NCBI GenBank assembly: GCA_016784175.1
Contig: JADHVC010000002.1
Span: 330-64,329, forward strand
DNA from: Patescibacteria group bacterium
GTDB lineage: Bacteria > Patescibacteriota > Patescibacteriia > Patescibacteriales > BS150m-G62
DNA length: 64,000 nucleotides
Reading direction: 5' to 3'
Part shown: positions 8,860 to 17,340 of the stretch, piece after piece
Position numbering within the stretch: position 1 is the first letter of the stretch
Layout of the letters: each line of letters starts with the position of its first letter
Position numbers and translations under genes: made by a program
Notes under the pieces: generated by a model
Seen by the model: the letters and a program-made list of their open reading frames with translations, nothing else
Told to the model about the DNA's origin: nothing
Databases searched by the model: none

Positions 8860-9025
8860 GTGGGCGATGTTTGGTGTATTTTTGGGTTAAAAAAGGATCA
8901 TGCAGAATACCTGGGGTCAGTTAGCGATTCGCTCAAAATTTAGAAACGCTTTATTCCGAAGTGTTAATTGAAAATGGTAATATATTTTGCTAAAAAATAT
9001 ATCTCAATCTATATTTAAAAAAAAT

Positions 9026-9050
9026 AAGGTCAGTTTTAGCTGACCTTTTT
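9026..9050. terminator. Bidirectional hairpin terminator candidate
   Basis: AAGGTCAG-TTTTAG-CTGACCTT stem-loop with an A-run on its 5' side and a T-run on its 3' side. It lies between convergent comFC and 9077..9328(-). Confidence 0.55.
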
Positions 9051-9076
9051 GGTTAATAAGCGTCTTGTGTTCTGGT

Positions 9077-9328
9077 TTATGGGTACTTAATCGTAGTGTC
9101 AAAACTTCTATTCCGCGAGTTGAATGCTCCTTCATTAATTCTCCGAAAAGTTTTTGCTATGAAAACTGCTTCTTTTGTTTGTGCATGCGTAGCCAGCTTT
9201 TTGTTTATTAAAGAGTCAAGATGCATGATATCACCTAGCTCTGTTGCTTCAGATTCAACATAGACTCGTTTGGAGGAAGCCCGTCCGCCGTTAGTAAGAG
9301 TGCCTGTAATAATCCAGTAGTTTGCCAT
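9077..9328 (-). CDS. Hypothetical small protein (83 aa)
   Basis: ORF with a GGAGA SD 5-6 nt upstream of the internal ATG (MANYWIITG...). GC is visibly higher than the flanks. No motif recognised. Confidence 0.4.
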   Translation of the reverse strand: MANYWIITGTLTNGGRASSKRVYVESEATELGDIMHLDSLINKKLATHAQTKEAVFIAKTFRRINEGAFNSRNRSFDTTIKYP

Positions 9329-9456
9329 TTTTATCTCCATCGTTAAGTGTGTGGTTACATTGTATTAGAAAATACCTATTTAAAAATTAGGCAATAAAAA
9401 GATCGATTCTACTACTATCTAATCAGTTTTATTTGTATATGTCAAATACTAGGTCT

Positions 9457-9479
9457 ATAATTACTCACTATATCTATAT
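9457..9479. mobile_element. Solo terminus relic (23 nt) of the foldback element
   Basis: ATAATTACTCACTATATCTATAT compared with the element terminus GTAACTACTCACTATATCTACAT (copy 59921-). About 20 of 23 positions match. Confidence 0.55.
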
Positions 9480-9528
9480 ATTTTTTAAATTTCTTGCTTA
9501 TTACCCTAAAATGAGTTTAAATTAGATT

Positions 9529-10644
9529 ATGGAGAATTTAATAAAAAATATTGAAATATTACGCGAGCAAGTTATTAAAACTCATACTGCTCTAGATATC
9601 GAAGGTAAAAAATCGGAGCTAAGAGATTTAAAGCGCCTCATTAGTGTGCCTGATTTTTGGAATAATCGTGAAAAGGCAGTAGAAGTTTCTAGAAAAGCAG
9701 AAGACTTAGAAAAGGTAACGGGTAAATGGGACAAGCTTCGACAGGACATAAGGTCGCTAGAAGAATTCGTTGCTTATGCCAGTAAAGAAGGGGATGATTC
9801 TGTTTATGACGAGTCGAATGCGATGTATGAAGAATATAAGCAGCTTTATGATGAGTTGGAATTCGGAGTACTTTTTTCAGGTAAATATGATGAAAGTAAC
9901 GCGGTCATTTCTGTGCATGCTGGTTCTGGTGGAGTTGATGCACAAGATTTCGCTCAAATTTTAGAAAGAATGTATTTGCGATATTGCGAGAAAAAGAAAT
10001 TCAAAGTGATGATGGTGGATAGGGTTGATGGGGGAGAGGCAGGCATTAAAAGCAGTTCTTTTGAAGTAAGGGGTAGTTTTGCTTATGGTAATTTGAAAGG
10101 TGAGGCAGGTATTCACAGGTTAGTGCGAATTTCACCATTTGACGCGGAGTCCATGCGACATACTTCATTTGCTTCGGTTGATGTTATTCCTGTTATCGAA
10201 GAAACACAAGATATTATTATTAATGAAAGTGACCTACGGATCGATACCTATAAGTCAGGCGGACCTGGTGGGCAAAGTGTGAACACGACCGACTCTGCTA
10301 TAAGGATTGTACATATTCCAACAAATACAACAGTTACTTGCCAGACAGAACGATCACAACATCAAAATAAGGAAACCGCTTTTAAAATTTTAAAATCAAA
10401 ACTTTATAAATTAGAGCAAGATAAACGAGAGGCCGAGGAAGCAAAGTTACGCGGAGAAGTTGAAAAAGCCGATTGGGGTAAGCAGATTCGGTCATATGTT
10501 ATGCAACCTTATAAGATGGTTAAAGACCATAGAACAAATTTTGAAACACAAGACATTGACGGTGTGCTAGAAGGAGAGATCGAAGGATTTATTGTAGCTT
10601 ATCTTAAGGGAGAGATCACAAGCGAAAAAATAATGCAGACATAG
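9529..10644 (+). CDS. prfB: Peptide chain release factor 2
   Basis: SPF tripeptide (RISPFD), GGQ motif (SGGPGGQSVNTTDSA) and RSQHQNKETA. One uninterrupted ORF with no internal TGA or frameshift site. Confidence 0.92.
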   Translation: MENLIKNIEILREQVIKTHTALDIEGKKSELRDLKRLISVPDFWNNREKAVEVSRKAEDLEKVTGKWDKLRQDIRSLEEFVAYASKEGDDSVYDESNAMYEEYKQLYDELEFGVLFSGKYDESNAVISVHAGSGGVDAQDFAQILERMYLRYCEKKKFKVMMVDRVDGGEAGIKSSSFEVRGSFAYGNLKGEAGIHRLVRISPFDAESMRHTSFASVDVIPVIEETQDIIINESDLRIDTYKSGGPGGQSVNTTDSAIRIVHIPTNTTVTCQTERSQHQNKETAFKILKSKLYKLEQDKREAEEAKLRGEVEKADWGKQIRSYVMQPYKMVKDHRTNFETQDIDGVLEGEIEGFIVAYLKGEITSEKIMQT

Positions 10645-10655
10645 TGAGCAGTTAC
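10621..10655. mobile_element. Fragment (terminal 35 nt) of the foldback element overlapping the prfB 3' end
   Basis: AGCGAAAAAATAATGCAGACATAGTGAGCAGTTAC matches element ends (compare 61804-61838, GCGCTCAAAAATAATACAGACATAGTGAGCAGTTAC). The prfB stop codon TAG (10642-10644) lies inside it. Confidence 0.75.
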
Positions 10656-10699
10656 AACAGAAAATTATTGATGAGGCTGAAAAGATAAACAAATAAAAA

Positions 10700-10748
10700 A
10701 GTCGCTATTGCATAAAAGCTTTATAGCGACTATTATTTTTTTTAAAAA
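10700..10748. terminator. Bidirectional rho-independent terminator
   Basis: AGTCGCTAT (10700-10708) pairs with ATAGCGACT (10723-10731). An A-run lies upstream and ATTATTTTTTTT downstream. It sits between convergent prfB and 10759..11721(-). Confidence 0.7.
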
Positions 10749-10758
10749 AGAACTGTTA

Positions 10759-11721
10759 TTACTTTCTTTTCCATACGTTTTTTGTTTCTATTTCTAATTC
10801 GACGATTTCGCCAGCTGAATCAGTGGATACGAACCAAATATTCCACCAACTACTAATGAATTCTAGGTCACGTCGTTTTACAAAGTTTTGGATATCGGCA
10901 AGGGTGACCGGAAATTTATTTTCATCATGACTTCCTTTACCAAAGAAAAACCGAGTATCATTGTCAATAAATTTACCCCATTTTTCAGGCAATTGTTGTT
11001 TTAATAATTCTACTCCTTTTTCTAGTTTTTCTTTGGTTTTAGCACTTTCAAGAACTAATTTTCGCATAATCATATTACTTTGTTCTTTGTTAAGCGTAGT
11101 GCTTCGCCCGCTATCCAAGATGGTTGAAATCAGAACGGTCGAAAAAGCCAAACTTTTTTTATCTTGTGCAATTTTGGCTAAATGAGGAGTCCGAGAGAAT
11201 TGTCGAATTAACCAATCGGGATAGGCATAGCGTTCCTGAAAAATGTTGTTTATTTCTTGAAACTTATTGCTGAATAGCTGATCTCCGAACCATTCATTTT
11301 GGTTTGTAGCACTAACAAGTTCTGATAATTCGATTTCTTTGTTTATTTGCCACGCACTATTCGTATACGTTGGGTCTTCAAGCAATTTACTGATTCTTGT
11401 TAATTCTGCTACATGTCCCCAACCCAAACGAAAGGCGATAATTAAGCCTTCAGATTGCACATAGATTGAGGCTTTTTCAATGTCTTGACTAAATTTAAAT
11501 GCTAAGCCAAGGCTTATTATTCCAACCACATTTTGCATGGCTTTGCGTAAATTTTCTTCGTGTACGATATCATAATACTTTTTCGCAAACCCTATTGTTA
11601 AGTCTACCCCTTCTTGTTCTGCCTTTTTAAAAAAAGGGTCCTTGAGCTGACCAGATTTTACTCCGTGCTCAAGGACTTGTGTTAAGAAGGGGCGGAGATC
11701 CTTTATAGTAATTCCGCCCAT
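10759..11721 (-). CDS. Hypothetical protein (320 aa), 4th gene of the J-domain operon
   Basis: ORF with AAGGAG 6 nt upstream of the ATG. Elevated GC (43 % in one sampled line). No recognisable motif. Confidence 0.55.
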   Translation of the reverse strand: MGGITIKDLRPFLTQVLEHGVKSGQLKDPFFKKAEQEGVDLTIGFAKKYYDIVHEENLRKAMQNVVGIISLGLAFKFSQDIEKASIYVQSEGLIIAFRLGWGHVAELTRISKLLEDPTYTNSAWQINKEIELSELVSATNQNEWFGDQLFSNKFQEINNIFQERYAYPDWLIRQFSRTPHLAKIAQDKKSLAFSTVLISTILDSGRSTTLNKEQSNMIMRKLVLESAKTKEKLEKGVELLKQQLPEKWGKFIDNDTRFFFGKGSHDENKFPVTLADIQNFVKRRDLEFISSWWNIWFVSTDSAGEIVELEIETKNVWKRK

Positions 11722-11748
11722 TTTAGTCTCCTTTGTTTTTTTTGCTGT

Positions 11749-12498
11749 TTATGGAGCTAGCGGTACAAACATATCTTCGTCGCAGATTGTCGACTGCTCT
11801 ACTCCTATCATCTTTTGTGCATGCTTGGTAAGCGCAAACACCATTCTCGATAACGACGCCTCGCTGATGCCGTTATTGTGTTTGACGAGGCTTTGAGCCA
11901 TCTTTGGAGCAACTTCACTTATAGCAAGAAAAAGTATTTCTATGCTTCCATGTTCCAACAAAGCACTCGCCATATCAATATCAATATTGGTAGATTCAGT
12001 ATGGGCGCATTCAGTTCCTGTATCATCATAAATATTAATCTCAATTGACTTTTTTAACTCTAGTGGTGTCCAACCAATAAAAGTGAATTTCAGAAAAGAT
12101 CTGGCTCCTTCATTAGCAAGAATAGCTTTTATTATTTCCATTTGTCTTTGTTTGTTATTGCAAGACAGAACGAAATGTGCCAGTGTATTGAGGGCATTTT
12201 CTTGAAGTCTTTCGGGACATTCCAAGAGCTTAGCTTCCCAGTTGACTGGCTCAGTCTCAAGTGCTTTTGCAATATCTATTGGTGATAAAAGATCAGTGAG
12301 AATTGACGCCGTTGTGAAATCGTGGGATCTTAAGATATTCGCTTGTTCTACGATATTAAGCGCTCTAACAATTGGCTCCGTTGCCCTATCGCCATGTTCG
12401 CTTGCGAATTTGATAATTAGTTGTTCTGCTGCTTTTCCTTGACCTTGGTTGGCCAGTTCTTTTATTTTGCTAATAACCAAGTCGGTATCTCTATTCAT
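11749..12498 (-). CDS. Hypothetical protein (249 aa), 3rd gene of the J-domain operon
   Basis: ORF with AAGGAG 6 nt upstream of the ATG, 3 nt after the upstream stop. One sampled line is 50 % GC. Looks predicted-helical and repeat-like; no motif recognised. Confidence 0.55.
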   Translation of the reverse strand: MNRDTDLVISKIKELANQGQGKAAEQLIIKFASEHGDRATEPIVRALNIVEQANILRSHDFTTASILTDLLSPIDIAKALETEPVNWEAKLLECPERLQENALNTLAHFVLSCNNKQRQMEIIKAILANEGARSFLKFTFIGWTPLELKKSIEINIYDDTGTECAHTESTNIDIDMASALLEHGSIEILFLAISEVAPKMAQSLVKHNNGISEASLSRMVFALTKHAQKMIGVEQSTICDEDMFVPLAP

Positions 12499-12501
12499 GT
12501 T

Positions 12502-12984
12502 CTACTCCTTGCCCATTTCTTCAAGTTGAATGTCGGCATAAACATCACCACTGCTGATGGTGCTTCCAGTAAGGACAAACTCATCCTGATTCGCAAAGAT
12601 AAAGTTAAGAATAAATGCGGTTTGAAGTGCGTCTTTGTAGGATTCTTCAAGCTCTTTTACTAAGCTAGCACATCTTGGATTTGCGTGAATTGTTTTTTTA
12701 ATGATCTTCCAATCTGGGAAAGCATTTAAATATATCCAAGATAGCCACTTTTCACGATCAACATATTTTACACTGCCAAATACGGCAATCGCCGCATAGG
12801 TTGGGAATTCTACGACAAGATGCGAAGATTCCTTGATTGTCTGAAAGATTACTTTACAGTATTCGGTTAGTCTTGTGGGGTTATCGGGATCATCCGACAT
12901 TTGAATCTCTTCTAAAAATGATTCAAAATTATCAGCGATTGTAGGGTGTAAGTGAATAGGGTGTAAGTGAATTTTGATGCTCAT
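12502..12984 (-). CDS. Hypothetical protein (160 aa), 2nd gene of the J-domain operon
   Basis: ORF with GGAGA 9 nt upstream of the ATG, 3 nt after the J-domain gene stop. The N-terminal IHLHPIHLHP comes from a 15-nt direct repeat. Confidence 0.5.
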   Translation of the reverse strand: MSIKIHLHPIHLHPTIADNFESFLEEIQMSDDPDNPTRLTEYCKVIFQTIKESSHLVVEFPTYAAIAVFGSVKYVDREKWLSWIYLNAFPDWKIIKKTIHANPRCASLVKELEESYKDALQTAFILNFIFANQDEFVLTGSTISSGDVYADIQLEEMGKE

Positions 12985-12987
12985 TCT

Positions 12988-13281
12988 TTAATTCTCCATT
13001 ACAGGTTTAAAAGTGTTAAGATACTCGAACCATATTGTCAGAGTTACCTTTGTTGGGTTATCAGTTACGCGGGCTGCTCTTTCTTTTTCGTACTCTCCTT
13101 TCTTCTGGGGGTTTGTTAGAGTTTTGTATGTATCTATGATTTTCTCAAGTTTTTTAACTGCTTCGGGATCATCGTTTCGATCTGGATGGTACTCCTTCAA
13201 TAAAGAGTGATAAGCCTGCTTGATTTCGGCAGGTGTTGCTTTATTTGTTAGTCCTAAAATAAAATATAGATCGTGTATCAT
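12988..13281 (-). CDS. Stand-alone J-domain protein (97 aa)
   Basis: DLYFILGLTNKATPAEIKQAYHSLLKEYHPDRNDDPEAVKKLEKIIDTYKTLTNPQKKGEYE is a canonical DnaJ J-domain with the HPD motif. There is no G/F or zinc-finger region. Confidence 0.85.
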   Translation of the reverse strand: MIHDLYFILGLTNKATPAEIKQAYHSLLKEYHPDRNDDPEAVKKLEKIIDTYKTLTNPQKKGEYEKERAARVTDNPTKVTLTIWFEYLNTFKPVMEN

Positions 13282-13383
13282 ATATTTTTTCCTTATTTAA
13301 TTGTGTAAAGAACAAAGGAGAAAAGTTATTCTCACTAACCTTATTTATAGAACTATATAAAAACTTTGTCAAGTTAAATGCAT

Positions 13384-13467
13384 GTAACTGCTCACTATGT
13401 CTGCATTATTTTTGAGCGCATATGGAATATGTAGTAATTTTTAGCAGAATTTAACTTAAAAAAAATT
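13384..13467 (+). mobile_element. Fragment (left ~84 nt) of the foldback element
   Basis: GTAACTGCTCACTATGTCTGCATTATTTTTGAGCGCATATGGAATATGTAGTAATTTTTAGCAGAATTTAACTTAAAAAA... then diverges from the consensus. Confidence 0.85.
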
Positions 13468-13475
13468 AACTTAGG

Positions 13476-13504
13476 TTGAATATTAGTTGTTATTGTTCTA
13501 CTAT
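13476..13504 (+). promoter_or_regulatory. Sigma70-like promoter candidate for dnaE
   Basis: TTGAAT (13476-13481), a 17-nt spacer, then TACTAT (13499-13504), 49 nt upstream of the dnaE ATG. AT-rich context makes chance matches common. Confidence 0.3.
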
Positions 13505-13552
13505 TAAGGATAGGGTTTTAGCCAAAATTAATATTTTTTAAGTTTAAATAAA

Positions 13553-16500
13553 ATGTCTTTTATCCATTTACATGTTCATTCGCATTATTCTCTTCTGGAT
13601 GGCTTGTCTAGGTTTAATGAATTGATCGAAATTGCACAGGCAGATGGAGCAAATGCTGTTGCTTTAACTGATCATGGTGTAATGTATGGCATAATCGAGT
13701 TTTATCAAGCTTGTAAAAAGGCGGGCATTAAACCTATTGTTGGTTTTGAGGCATATATGGCCAAGGGTTCAATGTTGGAAAAGGTGACCAAGCAAGATGA
13801 AAAGCGTAATTATCATATATTACTTTTGGCTCGGAACAATCAGGGCTATAAAAATTTAATCAAACTTACTTCTATTGCACATCTAGAGGGTTTTTATTAT
13901 AAGCCACGCATAGACTGGGAAACACTTCAAAAATATTCCGAAGGGCTAATTGCTTGTTCGGCTTGTTTGGGTGGAGAAATACCACAATTAATTTTATCTG
14001 ACAAATACGATAAAGCCAAAAAAAGAGCACAAGAACACGAAGAGCTTTTTGGAAAGGGTCACTATTACTTAGAAATTCAGCCTCACCCTACTATTCCAGA
14101 GCAAGATCAAGTAAATCAAAAAATAATTCAAATAGCTAGAGAGACTGGTATTCCATTGGTTGCTACAAACGACTTGCACTACTTAAAGCCTGACGATTAT
14201 GACGCTCAGGACGTTCTTTTGTGCTTGCAAACAAAAGCCAAGAAGAATGATGTTGGTAGGTTTAGTCTTCATGGAAAGGATTTTTACTACAAGAGTGAGC
14301 AGGAAATGCGAGAGGCTTTCCTAGATGTTCAAGAGGCCGTAGACAATACTCAAGTTATTGCAGATATGTGTGATGTTGAAATCGAATTAGGTAATATTCA
14401 GTTGCCTTCTTTCGAAGTGCCAGAGGGTTTTGATGACTTTACATACCTAGAAAAGATTTGTCATGACGGTTTATTGGTTAGATATGAAAAAGATTATAAT
14501 AATGTAGACGAAGAAGTGCGTACCAGATTAGACTTTGAGTTATCGGTTATTAAGAAAATGGGGTGGCCATCATATTTTTCTATCGTTGCTGATTTTGTAA
14601 TGTGGGCTAAGAATAGAGGGATCGCTGTTGGGCCTGGGCGTGGATCTGCTGCTGGGTCGCTAGTTTGCTATGTGATAGGTATCACAAACTTAGATCCGAT
14701 TAAATACGAACTCCTTTTTGAGCGTTTCTTGAATCCCGAGCGTGTATCTATGCCCGATATCGATATGGACTTTTCGGATAATCGAAGAGAAGAAGTTTTG
14801 CGGTATGTTGAGCAAAAATATGGTAAGGATCATGTAGCGCAAATTATTACATTTGGAACAATGGCGGCTCGAGTGGCTATTCGTGATGTTGGTCGTGTCC
14901 TAGATATTCCATTGGCTTTATGTGACAAGTTGGCTAAATTAGTTCCAATGTTTTCTACTTTAAGTGACGCGCTAGAAAATACAGCCGAATTTAAAGATCT
15001 TTATGACAAAGATCCTCAGGCCAAACAAATTGTTGACTTTTCTCTGCGACTAGAAGGTGTGGCAAGGCATGCATCCACTCACGCTTGTGGTGTTTTGATA
15101 ACAAAAAATCCTCTAACAGATTACACCCCGCTACAATTTGGTTCGCAAGAGGGGGGTGACGGGCAACGAGGTATTGTATCGCAATATTCACTTCATCCAG
15201 TAGAGGACTTGGGTCTGCTTAAAATGGATTTTTTAGGTTTAAAAAACCTTACAATAATTGAGTCTGCTATTCGAATTATTAAAGAATCCAATGGCGTTGA
15301 AATAGATATTGAAAAAATACCTCTTGATGACAAACTTGCATATAAATTATTCCAAGATGGAGAAACAACAGGTGTCTTTCAATTCGAGTCATCGGGAATG
15401 AAGCGCTACTTAAAAGACTTGAAACCAACCGAGCTGGAAGATATTATCGCTATGGTGGCCCTCTATCGTCCTGGACCAATGGAGTGGATTCCAGATTTTA
15501 TTGCCGGTAAACATGGCACAAGGACCATCCAATATCTACATCCTAAGCTAGAGCCAATTTTAAGAAATACTTATGGAGTAGCAATTTACCAAGAGCAAGT
15601 TATGCGTATGGCAAGAGACTTGGCTGGTTTTAGTATGGGTCAAGCAGACGTTTTGCGTAAGGCGATGGGTAAAAAGATTGTAAAGTTGTTGGCTGAACAA
15701 AAAGATAAGTTCTTGAACGGGTGTGAAGATAATAACATTGATAGGCGACTCGCTGAACAAATTTTTTCGTTTATTGAACCTTTCGCGGGTTACGGTTTCA
15801 ACAGAAGTCACGCAGCCTGTTACGCTATGATTGGCTATCAAACAGCCTACCTAAAGGCTCACTATCCGGCAGAATTTATGGCTGCTTTATTAACTGCCGA
15901 TCAGCAGCATATCGACAGAATATCGATAGAGATTGACGAATGCAAGGAGATGGGAATAGATGTATTGCAGCCTAATGTTAATAAATCTTTTGAGTCGTTT
16001 ACAGTTGTTAAAAATACAGAAACAGGTAAGAAAGAAATACGTTTTGGTTTAAGGGCGATAAAAAATGTTGGAACAAATATCTCTGAATTTATCATCAAAG
16101 AGAGGATAGAAAATGGAGAATTCTTGGATCTAAGCGACCTATTGGAGCGAGTTATTAATAGAGATATGAACAAGAAGTCTTTAGATAGTTTGATCAAATG
16201 CGGGGCAATGGATGATTTTGGTGATCGAGGAAAATTAATAGCGAACATGGATAATTTACTTGAGTTTAGTAAAGAAGTGGGTAAACTTAAAGCTAATAAT
16301 CAAAATAGTTTATTTGGTGATGTGACTGGTGTAAATAGTATAAATAAGGTTAGGCTGGATAAAACTGGTGTGGTAGAAAAGCAAGATAAGTTAAGATGGG
16401 AAAAGGAACTTCTTGGTCTGTATATTACCGAACATCCGTTTAACGAATATAGAAAATATCTAGAAGGTTTTTGTGTAAATTTGCTTGATTTGCAGGGCTG

Positions 16501-17068
16501 TATCGACGAAACTGATGTCACAATAGCTGGCATCATCTCTACAATAAAAAAGATTACCACCAAGGCAGGCGATCCTATGCTTTTCGTGCGTCTAGAGGAC
16601 CATGTAGGAAGTACAGAGATTTTAGTTTTTCCGCGAATATATGCAGAAACTCAGCATATCTGGCAAGCAGGTAATATTATTGCTTGTTATGGTAAAATAT
16701 CTGATAAAGATAATGAAAGGAAGGTGTTAGCCAACAAGGTAATAGCGCTTAGTCTAGATGCTATTGATGGTCAAATGCAACGGTTCAAAACAGAGATTCC
16801 ACAAAAAGGCGCAAAGCCTGCATATAGGGCTAGTTATATAAAAAAAGATAATTCTCTTAAGTTAATTTTTGTCCAAAAGTGCTCACCTGAACATCTCTCC
16901 GCTTTAAAGCTTATATTAGACTCAAATCGTGGCAGCGACAAAGTTTATCTAAAGATTTTTAATGGTGATGGTCATAAAATTGTTGAAACAAATTTCTTGG
17001 TTAGCAATGGAAAAGCGTTAGTCGATAATATAGCAACCAAGTTTGACGGAATAATAAAAGTGGCGTAG
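13553..17068 (+). CDS. dnaE: DNA polymerase III alpha subunit
   Basis: 1171 aa. PHP domain start FIHLHVHSHYSLLDG. Polymerase core motifs (PDIDMDF, GLLKMDFLGLKNL, NRSHAACYA). C-terminal OB-fold-like region. Confidence 0.95.
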   Translation: MSFIHLHVHSHYSLLDGLSRFNELIEIAQADGANAVALTDHGVMYGIIEFYQACKKAGIKPIVGFEAYMAKGSMLEKVTKQDEKRNYHILLLARNNQGYKNLIKLTSIAHLEGFYYKPRIDWETLQKYSEGLIACSACLGGEIPQLILSDKYDKAKKRAQEHEELFGKGHYYLEIQPHPTIPEQDQVNQKIIQIARETGIPLVATNDLHYLKPDDYDAQDVLLCLQTKAKKNDVGRFSLHGKDFYYKSEQEMREAFLDVQEAVDNTQVIADMCDVEIELGNIQLPSFEVPEGFDDFTYLEKICHDGLLVRYEKDYNNVDEEVRTRLDFELSVIKKMGWPSYFSIVADFVMWAKNRGIAVGPGRGSAAGSLVCYVIGITNLDPIKYELLFERFLNPERVSMPDIDMDFSDNRREEVLRYVEQKYGKDHVAQIITFGTMAARVAIRDVGRVLDIPLALCDKLAKLVPMFSTLSDALENTAEFKDLYDKDPQAKQIVDFSLRLEGVARHASTHACGVLITKNPLTDYTPLQFGSQEGGDGQRGIVSQYSLHPVEDLGLLKMDFLGLKNLTIIESAIRIIKESNGVEIDIEKIPLDDKLAYKLFQDGETTGVFQFESSGMKRYLKDLKPTELEDIIAMVALYRPGPMEWIPDFIAGKHGTRTIQYLHPKLEPILRNTYGVAIYQEQVMRMARDLAGFSMGQADVLRKAMGKKIVKLLAEQKDKFLNGCEDNNIDRRLAEQIFSFIEPFAGYGFNRSHAACYAMIGYQTAYLKAHYPAEFMAALLTADQQHIDRISIEIDECKEMGIDVLQPNVNKSFESFTVVKNTETGKKEIRFGLRAIKNVGTNISEFIIKERIENGEFLDLSDLLERVINRDMNKKSLDSLIKCGAMDDFGDRGKLIANMDNLLEFSKEVGKLKANNQNSLFGDVTGVNSINKVRLDKTGVVEKQDKLRWEKELLGLYITEHPFNEYRKYLEGFCVNLLDLQGCIDETDVTIAGIISTIKKITTKAGDPMLFVRLEDHVGSTEILVFPRIYAETQHIWQAGNIIACYGKISDKDNERKVLANKVIALSLDAIDGQMQRFKTEIPQKGAKPAYRASYIKKDNSLKLIFVQKCSPEHLSALKLILDSNRGSDKVYLKIFNGDGHKIVETNFLVSNGKALVDNIATKFDGIIKVA

Positions 17069-17103
17069 GGATAAGTTAAGACTAACGCTTTTTCAGTGTG
17101 TTT

Positions 17104-17292
17104 ATAACTGCTCACTATACCTGCATCACTTTTTCGCTTAGGATGGAATGTTGGGCAATTTTTTACGCACAATTTAACAAAAATTTTAAACTCGCTTCAC
17201 TCAAACATAAAATTTTTTAAGTTAAATTCTGCTAAAAATTACTACATATTCCATATGCGCTCAAAAATAATGCAGGTATAGTTAGCAGTTAC
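17104..17292 (-). mobile_element. Foldback MITE-like element, full copy (189 bp)
   Basis: ATAACTGCTCACTATACCTGCAT...ATGCAGGTATAGTTAGCAGTTAC. Reverse orientation relative to 39109-39298. No clear flanking direct repeat. Confidence 0.85.
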
Positions 17293-17293
17293 T

Positions 17294-17336
17294 AAAAAAA
17301 AAGTAAAGCCGCATGGTCATCATGCGGCTTTTTTCT
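17294..17336. terminator. Bidirectional rho-independent terminator
   Basis: AAGCCGCATG (17306-17315) pairs with CATGCGGCTT (17321-17330), loop GTCAT. An A9 run lies upstream and a T-run downstream. It sits between convergent dnaE and the giant gene. Confidence 0.8.
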
Positions 17337-17340
17337 TACG

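Noticed and set aside
8860-9076. Searched intergenic spacers (8860-9076, 13282-13552, 28845-29098, 57690-57862 and others) for tRNA, rRNA, tmRNA, SRP or RNase P signatures.
   Set aside because: No GTTCGAATC-type T-loop, no cloverleaf-compatible stems and no conserved SRP or RNase P motifs were seen by eye. This was not a computational search, so small ncRNAs cannot be excluded.
12242-12663. Plus-strand ORFs 12242..12442 and 12421..12663, antisense to the J-domain operon.
   Set aside because: They overlap tightly coupled minus-strand genes that have SD sequences, and their translations are low-complexity. They are judged to be shadow ORFs.
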